Source of the DNA: Hydrogenophaga sp.
GTDB taxonomy: Bacteria; Pseudomonadota; Gammaproteobacteria; Burkholderiales; Burkholderiaceae_C
Assembly (NCBI RefSeq): GCF_030656115.1
Contig: NZ_JAUSOO010000037.1
Location: 19,025 to 83,024 of the forward strand
Direction: 5' to 3'
DNA: 64,000 nt
Shown: in pieces, positions 47,449 to 56,667 of the stretch
Numbering within the stretch: the first letter of the stretch is position 1
How the letters are laid out: each line of letters opens with the position of its first letter
Translations under genes and position numbers: made by a program
The notes under the pieces: generated by a model
The model's input: only the letters and a program-made list of their open reading frames with translations
Databases searched by the model: none
Told to the model about the DNA's origin: nothing

Positions 47449-47832
47449 TCAACGACCGCCAGCCACCGCCGTCAGCATTTTGGGAATGGCCACCGACAGC
47501 AACATGCCCATGTTGGTCTTCTGGCTGTTGAGCAGGATCCCTTGCAACACGTCGTTGCCGTGGCGAAGAATCACGACCAAGTGATCGCCCTCCAGTTCCA
47601 GCATGTAGTAACGCCGCAGTTTGGGGAAGCCCGAATCCGACAGGGTGCTCATGAGCGATGTGGTCAATTCCGTAAACAGTGCCACGGCCGCAGGCTGGGA
47701 GTTGTATCCCGCGATGGAGAGCCCCACGCCCAGCTCCCAGATGTCGGTCGCGACAAGACCCTCTTTGAGCGTATTGCGCAACTCTTGAACGGCAGTGTTC
47801 AGTTTTTCAGTATCAATGACCATGTACTCCAC
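47449..47832 (-). CDS. Hypothetical Roadblock-like protein
   Basis: 127 aa, helix then LVATDIWELGVGLSIAG...AAVALF...YYMLELEGDHLVVIL...NMGMLL, a roadblock-like pattern. Confidence 0.65.
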   Translation of the reverse strand: MEYMVIDTEKLNTAVQELRNTLKEGLVATDIWELGVGLSIAGYNSQPAAVALFTELTTSLMSTLSDSGFPKLRRYYMLELEGDHLVVILRHGNDVLQGILLNSQKTNMGMLLSVAIPKMLTAVAGGR

Positions 47833-48082
47833 CTTGTTTGAGAACCAAAAGATTCAGATCTTCCGGGCAGCAGTTGTAACCAAAAACACCCGCAAGAAGT
47901 CTGACACCGACATCTACCATGGTAAAGCGCCTGAAAGCACGGTCGGGCCCAGTAGAAACCCGAATTGACCCCCCCGGGGTATCGGCCCCACCGGCGTGTC
48001 TCGCACCGGATCGGTGCACGCGCGCGTTCAAGCGCAAAATGTGGCGCGTTTCAACCGACACCAAGACCAACAAGGATTTTCC

Positions 48083-49369
48083 ATGGGCCTCTTCAACTGG
48101 ACAGAAAAACCGGCCTCCACCCTCGCCCGCGGCGGTGTGGTGGGCCCCGACGAGCGTCTGCCCTGGCCGCAAACCACGGTGATGGGTGTGCAGCACCTGA
48201 TCGCCATGTTTGGCGCCACCGTGCTCGCGCCCATCCTCATGGGGTTTGACGCCAACGTGGCCATTCTCATGAGCGGCATCGGCACGCTCATCTTCTTCGT
48301 CATGACGCAGGGCAAGGTGCCCAGCTACCTGGGTTCGAGCTTTGCCTTCATTGGCGTGGTGATCGCCGCCAGCGGCTACGCCGGCCCGGGGCCCAACGCC
48401 AACATCGGTGTGGCGCTGGGCGGCATCATCGCCTGCGGCGTTGTGTACACGCTCATCGGCGCCGTGGTGCAGGCCGTGGGCACGGGCTGGATCGAGCGCT
48501 TCATGCCGCCGGTGGTCACCGGCTCGGTGGTGGCGGTGATCGGCCTGAACCTGGCGGGCATTCCCATCAAGAACATGGCACCGACCAACTTCGATGCCTG
48601 GATGCAGGGCGTCACCTTCGTCTGCGTGGCGCTGGTGGCGGTGTTCAGCAGCGGCATGCTGCAGCGCCTGCTGATTCTCATGGGCCTGATCGTGGCCAGC
48701 GTGGTGTACGCCGTGCTCACCAACGGCCTGGGCCTGGGCAAGCCGATGGACCTGTCGGGCCTGGTCAGTGCCCCCTGGTTCGGCATGCCCCACTTCAGCG
48801 CGCCGGTGTTTGAAGCCAACGCCATGCTGCTCATTGCGCCGGTGGCGGTGATTCTGGTGGCGGAAAACCTGGGCCACATCAAGGCCGTGACGGCCATGAC
48901 CGGCAAGAACCTGGACAGGTACATGGGCCGCGCCTTCATGGGCGACGGCGTGGCCACCATCGTGGCCGGCAGCGTGGGCGGCACGGGTGTGACCACCTAC
49001 GCGGAAAACATCGGCGTGATGGCGGCCACCAAAATCTACTCCACCGCCATCTTTCTGGTGGCGGGCATCATGGCCATTGTGCTGGGCTTCAGCCCCAAGT
49101 TCGGCGCGCTGATCCAGGCCATTCCGCTGGCCGTGATGGGCGGCGTGTCGATTGTGGTGTTCGGCCTGATCGCCGTGGCCGGCGCCAAGATCTGGGTCGA
49201 CAACAAGGTCGATTTTTCGAACAACAAAAACCTGCTGGTCGCCGCCATCACGCTGGTGCTGGGCACCGGCGACTACACGCTGAAGTTCGGTGAGTTTGCG
49301 CTGGGCGGCATCGGAACCGCCACCTTCGGCGCGATCTTGCTGCACGCGCTGCTCAACCGCAAAGCCTGA
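48083..49369 (+). CDS. rutG: NCS2 uracil/pyrimidine permease (RutG-like)
   Basis: PDERLPWPQT...QHLIAMFGATVL, PSYLGSSFAF, TTYAENIGVM. Confidence 0.88.
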   Translation: MGLFNWTEKPASTLARGGVVGPDERLPWPQTTVMGVQHLIAMFGATVLAPILMGFDANVAILMSGIGTLIFFVMTQGKVPSYLGSSFAFIGVVIAASGYAGPGPNANIGVALGGIIACGVVYTLIGAVVQAVGTGWIERFMPPVVTGSVVAVIGLNLAGIPIKNMAPTNFDAWMQGVTFVCVALVAVFSSGMLQRLLILMGLIVASVVYAVLTNGLGLGKPMDLSGLVSAPWFGMPHFSAPVFEANAMLLIAPVAVILVAENLGHIKAVTAMTGKNLDRYMGRAFMGDGVATIVAGSVGGTGVTTYAENIGVMAATKIYSTAIFLVAGIMAIVLGFSPKFGALIQAIPLAVMGGVSIVVFGLIAVAGAKIWVDNKVDFSNNKNLLVAAITLVLGTGDYTLKFGEFALGGIGTATFGAILLHALLNRKA

Positions 49370-49379
49370 TCGTTTGGGG

Positions 49380-50288
49380 TCAGGGCAACGGGATCAGCCG
49401 CTGCGGCACAAAAGCCTGTTGCTCCTGTTTTTCGGCATACCCCAGCGGATTGGCCACGATGCGGCAGCGGCCCACCTGCACATCGGTGGGGCAGTGCAAA
49501 TGGCCATGCAGCCACAGATCGGCCATCGGCAGCAGGTCGTCAAGCCCATTGCAAAAACCTGCCGTGCCGGGGCTCAGGCCGTAACGCGGGTCGGCGCTGT
49601 GCAGGGTGGGCGCGAAATGCGTGACCACCACGGTCGGGCCGTCAAAGGGCTGGGCCAGCGTGTTGCGCAGCCAGTGCTGGCATTCCAGCGCCAGCGCGCG
49701 CATGGCCTCGGCGTCAAACAGCCGGCCGTGGCGCTGGCCAGCCATTTTGGTGAGGTAAAAGTTGGCGGCGCGAAACGCTTTTTCGCGTTGGCGCAAGCGG
49801 TGGGTGAGTGGGTCGGTGGCCGCAGAGGCCGTGGGGGTCGCAAACGCCGCATGTGCGCCTTGCCGGGTGGAGCGCGTCGCCTTGGCGGGTTGGGCTTTCA
49901 CACCACCCAGGGCGTCGTAATCGCTCCACAAGGTGGTGCCTACAAACCGCACACCGCTCACCACCAGCGTCTCGCGCTCCAGCCAGGCAATGCCCAGGCG
50001 CTCGCAGGTGGCACGCAAGCGCTGGTGGGCCTCGTCCACATCCAGCGCGTCGTATTCGTGGTTGCCGGGCACAAACAGCACCGGCACCGGCCAGCCGGCG
50101 TATTGCGGCAGGGGCGAAAAGCGCTGCAAACCCCAGTCTGGCTCGTCCATGGCGCCACCGTCCCGGCGGTGTTGGTACGAGCCAATGTCACCAGCCAACA
50201 CCAACACGTGAGCACCCGGTGCGGGGCTGGCCATGAATTCAGGGTTGGCTTCGAGGTGCAGGTCGCTCAGCAGCTGGATATTCATCAA
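49380..50288 (-). CDS. Metallophosphoesterase
   Basis: SDLHLE, LAGDIG, PGNHEYD, VTHFAP, LHGHLH. Confidence 0.9.
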   Translation of the reverse strand: MMNIQLLSDLHLEANPEFMASPAPGAHVLVLAGDIGSYQHRRDGGAMDEPDWGLQRFSPLPQYAGWPVPVLFVPGNHEYDALDVDEAHQRLRATCERLGIAWLERETLVVSGVRFVGTTLWSDYDALGGVKAQPAKATRSTRQGAHAAFATPTASAATDPLTHRLRQREKAFRAANFYLTKMAGQRHGRLFDAEAMRALALECQHWLRNTLAQPFDGPTVVVTHFAPTLHSADPRYGLSPGTAGFCNGLDDLLPMADLWLHGHLHCPTDVQVGRCRIVANPLGYAEKQEQQAFVPQRLIPLP

Positions 50289-50333
50289 TGGATTGTGGGC
50301 CAGATTGCACAGACAGGGGCCCGTCGAACGCTC

Positions 50334-50720
50334 TCAGCGAATCACCAGCACCGGCACATGCGAAGACGCCAGCACCTCGGTGGTCACGGAGCCCATAACC
50401 GCCGTTTCCAAGGCCGACAGGCCCCGGCACCCCATCACAATCATGTTGCTCTGCAACTGGTTGGCAGCACGCACCAACTCCGCCGCCGGCGTACCCTGGC
50501 GCAGCATGCGCAGGGGGGTGAAACCTTGGGTTTCCAAAAAAAGGCTGGACTCGTCCAGAACTGTTGCGCTGGCCGCCGTATCAAGACCCTTATCCGCTTT
50601 TGGCGGGACATGGAACAACACATATTCGTAGTGCGGCCGAAACAACAATTCATTGGAGACGATGTAGGTGAGCATGCGCCGGGTGTAGCGGCTTCCGTCT
50701 ACGGCGAGCAGAAATTTCAT
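50334..50720 (-). CDS. Universal stress protein
   Basis: MKFLLAVDGS...GTPAAEL...IVMGCRG...MGSVTTEVL...PVLVIR. Confidence 0.88.
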   Translation of the reverse strand: MKFLLAVDGSRYTRRMLTYIVSNELLFRPHYEYVLFHVPPKADKGLDTAASATVLDESSLFLETQGFTPLRMLRQGTPAAELVRAANQLQSNMIVMGCRGLSALETAVMGSVTTEVLASSHVPVLVIR

Positions 50721-51146
50721 GGTGGGAATGGATGGACTCTCAGTTGGCTGTGGGATGCGATTTTCAACCCAGAAAAGGCCTGTGACCGCGGGTGTGCACG
50801 CACAGGCGCCGATAGCGAAAACCGCAGGTTTCATCAAACCCGGCCCCAGCGAGGACAGTTTTTGCCGGATTCGCAGACCTACAGCCCCGCGATGGGTCAA
50901 GAAGACGGTTGCAACGAAGCTCCATTCAACCTGGAAACGGCAGTTGGACCGGTCCAAGTCGGCTGTCAGGGGGTGGGCTGGCAAGGCGCAGACGCAGCGG
51001 GCTACTGCCCACCAGGAGGAGCAACGCCGCCAGCGCGGCCGGCGGCGATCCGGTGGGCCTCGTCGGCGCCGCACCGCGGGGCCTCCGTCCACCGCTTGCA
51101 GCAGGCCGGCGACCAGCACCGCACACGGTCCTGCAGCGCAGGAAGT

Positions 51147-52106
51147 TCAGGAACCCGCCACCCAGCCCGCTCCGTGCGCCGCCGTCAACCCAATGCGTGC
51201 CACCAGCCGGTGTTCACCACCGGGTGGCACACTCACCACCTCGTGGGCTGCGTTGGCGGTTTCCACGCACACAAAATGCCGGTACCCCCCGCTCGGCAGG
51301 TCGGCCATGCCCGCTGCCACGGCGTCGCCCGGGTTCCAGACCACGGCGGTGCGGCTGCCCGCACTGGCAATGCGCAGCGTGCGCTGTCTGGCGCCGTCCA
51401 CCAGCGCCAGTTCGGCGGGGGCATCGGTGTAGATGCGGTCCACTTCGGCGTCAAACCGCACACCGCCCACCTGCTGGCGCACCGCGCCACGGGCGCCGGT
51501 GGCGTTGTCGATGTACGCGCAGCCATCGAGCCCGGTCACCGTGACCTGCGCGATGTCGCCCACCGCGAAGTAGCTGTGCAGCGCCTGCGTGATCTGCAGC
51601 GGTGCATCGCCCGTGTTGCGCGTGCTCAGCGCCAGATCCAGCGTGGCGCCCACGCTGATCTCCAGCGTGAGTTCAAAGGCGTGCGGCCAGACCGCGCGCG
51701 TCTCGGGCGTGTCCGCCAGGACGAGGACGATGCGCGTGGCGCCCTCGGCGGTGGTGGCCGTGTGTTGCAGCGTCCACAGCCGGGTGCGCGCAAAACCATG
51801 GTTGGGCCGCCCCAGCCCTTGCGGGTCGGGGCCAAACCAGGGCCAGCACACCGGCACCCCTCCGCGGATGGCCTTGCCGCTTTGGTAAAGCGCTTGTGGG
51901 CTCAAAAACAGCACATCGGCATCGGCCGCGCGCGGCCGGAACGCCAGCACCTGCGCGCCGTACAGCGAAATCTGTGCGCGGGCGTGGGCGTTGTGCACGT
52001 TGATGATGGGCAGACCGCCGGGCCCCTCCTCCAGCCGCAGTTGTCCGGGCTGTCCGTGGGTGGCGTTCAGGGTATCGAGCAGGTGGGCGATGCGGGGCAC
52101 GTTCAT
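51147..52106 (-). CDS. D-hexose-6-phosphate mutarotase (YeaD-like)
   Basis: GAQVLAF, AIRGGVPVCWPWFG, HGFART, QALHSYF, VVWNPG, FVCVE. Confidence 0.92.
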   Translation of the reverse strand: MNVPRIAHLLDTLNATHGQPGQLRLEEGPGGLPIINVHNAHARAQISLYGAQVLAFRPRAADADVLFLSPQALYQSGKAIRGGVPVCWPWFGPDPQGLGRPNHGFARTRLWTLQHTATTAEGATRIVLVLADTPETRAVWPHAFELTLEISVGATLDLALSTRNTGDAPLQITQALHSYFAVGDIAQVTVTGLDGCAYIDNATGARGAVRQQVGGVRFDAEVDRIYTDAPAELALVDGARQRTLRIASAGSRTAVVWNPGDAVAAGMADLPSGGYRHFVCVETANAAHEVVSVPPGGEHRLVARIGLTAAHGAGWVAGS

Positions 52107-52155
52107 GGCAAGGACTATAGCGAGCCGGTGCCTGCGTTGTATGCCGGGCGGGGTT

Positions 52156-52431
52156 TCAGGTGGAGCGGCGGCCACCGCGCCCGGCCGTCTTCCAGTAGCC
52201 GAACTCATCCTCGTGCACCTCAATGTCGAGTTCCTGCACGCGCGCCAGCAAACGCTCTTGCGCGTCGGCCACGGCGCGGTTGTACACGCTGGGGCCCACT
52301 TCCTGCAGAAAGAAGTTCAGCAGACCGCCTGCGGCCACGTTGCCAATGGGCTCGTCCATGTGTTCGCGAAAGTAGCGCTCAATGGACGCGATCGCCTGCT
52401 GGCGGGCTTCTTTAGGGAGTTCGATGGGCAT
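52156..52431 (-). CDS. DUF2164 family protein
   Basis: IELPKE...SIERYF...LLNFFLQEVGPSVYNRAVADA. Confidence 0.85.
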   Translation of the reverse strand: MPIELPKEARQQAIASIERYFREHMDEPIGNVAAGGLLNFFLQEVGPSVYNRAVADAQERLLARVQELDIEVHEDEFGYWKTAGRGGRRST

Positions 52432-52659
52432 GGCGGTCGGCGTCGGCGAATGGTCTTCGCAGTCTGCCCGAAAATCGTGCTGCCTTGTGCTTTCGGTACC
52501 CGACCCGCCCAACAACGCGCCCCCAGGCAGTCGACCAAAGGGCCCGGAATCCCCCTGTAAGGTATGGAAATGTGCATGCTTGCTCAGTAAACTTCTGGGA
52601 AAACGTTTTGTTGCACGGCTGCCCAAAACCACTTTTCAACGGCGATCGAAGGGGGAAAA

Positions 52660-53136
52660 ATGATACGGAACGTGGCAGGCTTGACGGCACCCAGGCACCT
52701 GTGGCTGCTTGGCCTGTTGGGGGTTTTCATGAACCCAGTGTTCGCGGTCAGCCCGCCAGCGCCAGAGCTCAAATACATGAGTCCCAAGTGCGTCTCCATG
52801 CTGGAGGCCCAGCGCACGGCACCCAATGCGGTGCGCTACCAGCCGTCGTTTGCCGAACTTCGCAGAAATTACCAAGAGCAGTGCAGCGAAAACCAGGCGG
52901 AGGCTCGGCGGCGCCTGTACGAAGAAAAGCGCAAGAGCCAGCAACAAACGGCGGAGCAGGAGCGCGAGATGAAGAAGCAACAGCTGCTCAGTGACAATGC
53001 GGCGAAGCTCAAGTCGGCACAGTGCATAGAGATGCGCGAAGCCCTGGAAGCACGGAAAAGGCGCACCCATATGACCGATGGCGAGATTCGCGATCTTGGC
53101 CTGTTTGAGACCCGGTACAAAGAGCGCTGCCCCTGA
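52660..53136 (+). CDS. Hypothetical exported protein
   Basis: Signal-peptide-like N-terminus, four Cys, charged helical body. Confidence 0.6.
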   Translation: MIRNVAGLTAPRHLWLLGLLGVFMNPVFAVSPPAPELKYMSPKCVSMLEAQRTAPNAVRYQPSFAELRRNYQEQCSENQAEARRRLYEEKRKSQQQTAEQEREMKKQQLLSDNAAKLKSAQCIEMREALEARKRRTHMTDGEIRDLGLFETRYKERCP

Positions 53137-53154
53137 GCGCAGCGAGGCCGAACC

Positions 53155-53541
53155 CTACTCCAGGCGCTGAAACACGCTCGTGCTCTGGTCCTTCTCGCGC
53201 AGGCTGAATGCATTCTTCGAGGCCGAGAGCACCGCGTTGGCTTCGTGGCCCACATGGTCGCCCACCTTGAAGGTCCAGACGATGCGGTGCCCCTGGTATT
53301 GCCAGACGCCAAACTGAAGTACCTCGCCGTTGTCTCGTCGGATTTCCCATTCCCCGTTTTCGTACAAATGGATCGGAATGCTGGATCGGGACGACTGCCA
53401 TTTCCCCACAAACGTTTTCTGGCTCAGTGCATCGTCACCCGAACAGGCGACCAACAACCCCGCAACCAGCAGGCCGGTCAGGCCCGCACCCACCGCACGG
53501 CGTCCCGCCGCGACCAGAAAGGCGGTGCGGTATCTGTTCAT
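53155..53541 (-). CDS. Hypothetical lipoprotein
   Basis: LLVAC lipobox; FVGKWQS and GVWQY beta-rich lipocalin-like pattern. Confidence 0.65.
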   Translation of the reverse strand: MNRYRTAFLVAAGRRAVGAGLTGLLVAGLLVACSGDDALSQKTFVGKWQSSRSSIPIHLYENGEWEIRRDNGEVLQFGVWQYQGHRIVWTFKVGDHVGHEANAVLSASKNAFSLREKDQSTSVFQRLE

Positions 53542-54314
53542 GGCTGGGCCAGAGCCTTTCGCAGCGCTTCCTCTTCCGAGCGCCGCAGCGCGGCAGACAC
53601 TTCGTCGGCCCGGCGTCGGGTTTCCTGTTCAAAGCGACGCTGCTCCAGTTCGGCTTGCTGCTGCTTGCGTTTCGCTTCGTTGGCCTCGCTGGACTTGCGC
53701 TGGTTTTCGCGCTCCAGCAGGTCGACTTCCTCGCGGCTTGCGGGTCGCACGCCGTGCGTCTGGTAATACTCCTGAATCACCACCTTGTCTTCGGCAGAGC
53801 GCTGGAAAGCACTGGGCTGGTTCGTCACGGCCATACGCATAAAGATCATTTGCAGCACCATGCCCATCACGGACAGAAGGCCAATGAAAACCAGCGATTT
53901 GGTCACCGACGACTTGAGGTTGGACAGCAACCAGACCACCGGTGACTGGCGTTCCTCTTCCGGGATCTGGGTGTGGCGGGCTTGGCGCAACACCGCTTGT
54001 GCCGGGAACCCGCGGTCCCAGGCGTTGGAGGCCTCCAGACTTCCCCGCGTGGATTCGGTGCCCGTGGTCCGGGCGTTCTGCGCACGGTCATGGGCCAGTT
54101 TGGCGTCGTAGGCCAGGCGCGATACGGGGCTCGACAGCGTGTTGAGCGCTACTTTCAGCGCCTGCACCCGAACGTCAAGGTCGGCTGCACGGTCGGCCGA
54201 CCGCTGAGCAATCAGCTGCGCCACCAGGTGGTCGTGGGCCTGCTGGATATCCTCCACAGAGGCGTCCGGATCCACTTGCAGCAATTCATAAAGGGATTTT
54301 TTGGCTGGCTTCAC
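53538..54314 (-). CDS. J-domain-like protein with a TM segment and coiled-coil C-terminus
   Basis: SLYELLQVDPDAS.EDI...TLSSPVSRLAYD, but no HPD motif. Confidence 0.7.
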   Translation of the reverse strand: MKPAKKSLYELLQVDPDASVEDIQQAHDHLVAQLIAQRSADRAADLDVRVQALKVALNTLSSPVSRLAYDAKLAHDRAQNARTTGTESTRGSLEASNAWDRGFPAQAVLRQARHTQIPEEERQSPVVWLLSNLKSSVTKSLVFIGLLSVMGMVLQMIFMRMAVTNQPSAFQRSAEDKVVIQEYYQTHGVRPASREEVDLLERENQRKSSEANEAKRKQQQAELEQRRFEQETRRRADEVSAALRRSEEEALRKALAQP

Positions 54315-54413
54315 AGGGGGAACTCGCGGTGAATGCAGGGACTTTTGATGTTACCTGCCCACCGCTGGCCCGGCACCATGCCGACAGGTTGCGGAAAAGC
54401 AACACGCATCTTT

Positions 54414-55973
54414 TCACCCACCCTGCCGCAGTGCCCGCCTGTATTGCACCGCTTCGGCCACATGGCCCACACCCACCGCATCCGACTCCGCCAGGTCGGC
54501 AATGGTGCGTGCCACACGCAGCGCGCGGTGCGTGCTGCGGGCGCTCCAGCCCAGGCGGGCGGCGGCGGTGTTGAGGAACTTGAGGGCGGCGGGCTCGGGG
54601 TGCACGTGTTCGTCCAGCGCCTGGCCGGCCAAAGCCTGGTTGTGCTGGCCTTGGCGGGCGTGGGCACGGGCGCGGGCAGCTTGCACGCGTTCGCGCACGG
54701 TGTCGCTGGGTTCACCGGCCACGCCGTGCAGCAGGTCGTCGGGTGGCAGGGTCGGCACTTCCACATGCAGGTCGATGCGGTCGAGCAGCGGGCCGCTGAG
54801 CTTGCTCTGGTAGCGGTTGATCTGGTCGGGCGTGCAGCGACAAGCTTTGGTGGTGTGGCCCAGAAAGCCGCAGGGGCAGGGATTCATGGCGGCAATCAGC
54901 TGAAAGCGCGCCGGGAACTCACTTTGCATGGCTGCCCGCGAAATGCGGATGTGGCCGCTCTCCAGCGGCTCGCGCAGAGCTTCCAGCGCGGCCCGGGGAA
55001 ATTCGGGCAATTCGTCCAGAAACAGCACGCCGTGGTGTGCCAGCGAGATTTCGCCCGGACGGGGCGGCGAGCCGCCTCCCACCAGGGCCACGGCGCTGGC
55101 GGTGTGGTGCGGCGCGCAGGTGGGGCGCAGGCCCCAACGCTCCAGGCTGAAGCGGCCGGCGAGCGAAGCCACGGCGGCCGATTCGAGCGCTTCTTGCGTG
55201 TCCATGGGCGGAAGCAGGCCGGCGAAGCGCTGGGCCAGCATGCTTTTGCCCGAGCCGGGCGGCCCCATCATCAGCAGGCTGTGGCCGCCAGCGGCGGCAA
55301 TTTCCAGGGCACGCTTGGCGGCAGCCTGGCCTTTCACGTCGGCCAGGTCGGCGTAGCGGGGAGCTCGGCCGAGCTGGGTGGGGGCCAGACGCACCCAGCC
55401 GCCGTCGTCGGGCGGGGTATCGCCTGGGGCGTTGGCGTTTTCGGGCAGAAAATGCGCCACCACGTCGAGCAGGTGGCGGGCGCGGTGCACTTGGGCTTGC
55501 GGCACCAGGGCAGCTTCTTCCGCGCTGCCCGGGGGCAGCACCAGCCGGGTTGGCGCGGTGGCATCAAGTCCCGTGGCACGGTGCAGCGCCAGGCTCATGG
55601 CCAGGGCGCCGCGCACCGGGCGCAGTTCGCCGCCGAGCGAGAGCTCACCAGCAAATTCCCAACCCACCAGACGGGCCGCGTCGATCTGACCACTGGCGGC
55701 CAGGATGCCCACGGCAATCGGCAAGTCAAAGCGGCCCGAGTCTTTGGGCAGATCGGCCGGGGCCAGGTTGACCGTGATGCGCTTGTTGGAGGGGAATTCG
55801 AGCCCCGAATTGGCGATGGCCGAGCGCACGCGTTCTCGCGCTTCTTTCACCTCGGTGTCGGCCAGACCCACCAGGGTGAAACTGGGCAACCCGTTGGCCA
55901 AATGGACTTCGACCTGAACGGGCCGCGCATCCAGTCCCAGCAAGGCGCGGCTGTGTACCAATGACAGACCCAT
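54414..55973 (-). CDS. comM: YifB/ComM family Mg-chelatase-like AAA+ ATPase
   Basis: ITVNLAPADLPKDSGRFDLPIA, GPPGSGKS, PHHTAS, LFLDELPEF, AMNPCPCG, SGPLLDRID. Confidence 0.95.
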   Translation of the reverse strand: MGLSLVHSRALLGLDARPVQVEVHLANGLPSFTLVGLADTEVKEARERVRSAIANSGLEFPSNKRITVNLAPADLPKDSGRFDLPIAVGILAASGQIDAARLVGWEFAGELSLGGELRPVRGALAMSLALHRATGLDATAPTRLVLPPGSAEEAALVPQAQVHRARHLLDVVAHFLPENANAPGDTPPDDGGWVRLAPTQLGRAPRYADLADVKGQAAAKRALEIAAAGGHSLLMMGPPGSGKSMLAQRFAGLLPPMDTQEALESAAVASLAGRFSLERWGLRPTCAPHHTASAVALVGGGSPPRPGEISLAHHGVLFLDELPEFPRAALEALREPLESGHIRISRAAMQSEFPARFQLIAAMNPCPCGFLGHTTKACRCTPDQINRYQSKLSGPLLDRIDLHVEVPTLPPDDLLHGVAGEPSDTVRERVQAARARAHARQGQHNQALAGQALDEHVHPEPAALKFLNTAAARLGWSARSTHRALRVARTIADLAESDAVGVGHVAEAVQYRRALRQGG

Positions 55974-56037
55974 GTGCATTCTCCCTTTTTTGGTGCAAAA
56001 ACCGGCCTCGGTTGCTGGGAAGCGCCCGGCTTGGGTA

Positions 56038-56054
56038 TGCACCGATTTGGTGCT
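56038..56054. promoter_or_regulatory. NtrC-type binding site
   Basis: TGCACCGATTTGGTGCT versus consensus TGCACC-N5-GGTGCA, upstream of the sigma54 promoter. Confidence 0.7.
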
Positions 56055-56197
56055 CACGCTGTGGGTGTGACAACCGCCGAGCGTGGCCATGAGTCTTCAT
56101 GATGGCACACAGCGTCCCTGCGGCGTGCACACGTCTGGGGGATGAAGGTGCTTTTGCAACACCTGAGAGGGGTGTTCTGGCCCTGCATTGAGAAATA

Positions 56198-56215
56198 TTG
56201 GCACGGTCTGTGCTT
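56198..56215 (+). promoter_or_regulatory. Sigma54 (-24/-12) promoter of glnK-amtB
   Basis: TTGGCACGGTCTGTGCTT, with GG-N10-GC spacing. Confidence 0.8.
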
Positions 56216-56282
56216 AAAAACGAAGGCAATCGAATCCAACCCGTGGTGTGGGCCTGACGGCCTGATCACCTTCCTGATCTAG

Positions 56283-56636
<354 letters not shown>

Positions 56637-56667
56637 TCACCGCCACAGCTCAAGAAAGATCACGGAC

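Noticed and set aside
50789-50809. Crp-box-like CGCACA-GGCGC near the usp gene
   Set aside because: Only a half-site, it points away from usp, and no -10 follows.
50721-51146. Possible gene or ncRNA between usp and the mutarotase
   Set aside because: Only short low-complexity ORFs in several frames and no recognisable RNA motif.
54414-55973. comM as an island-integration hotspot
   Set aside because: The gene is intact, with no integrase, transposase or direct repeats nearby.
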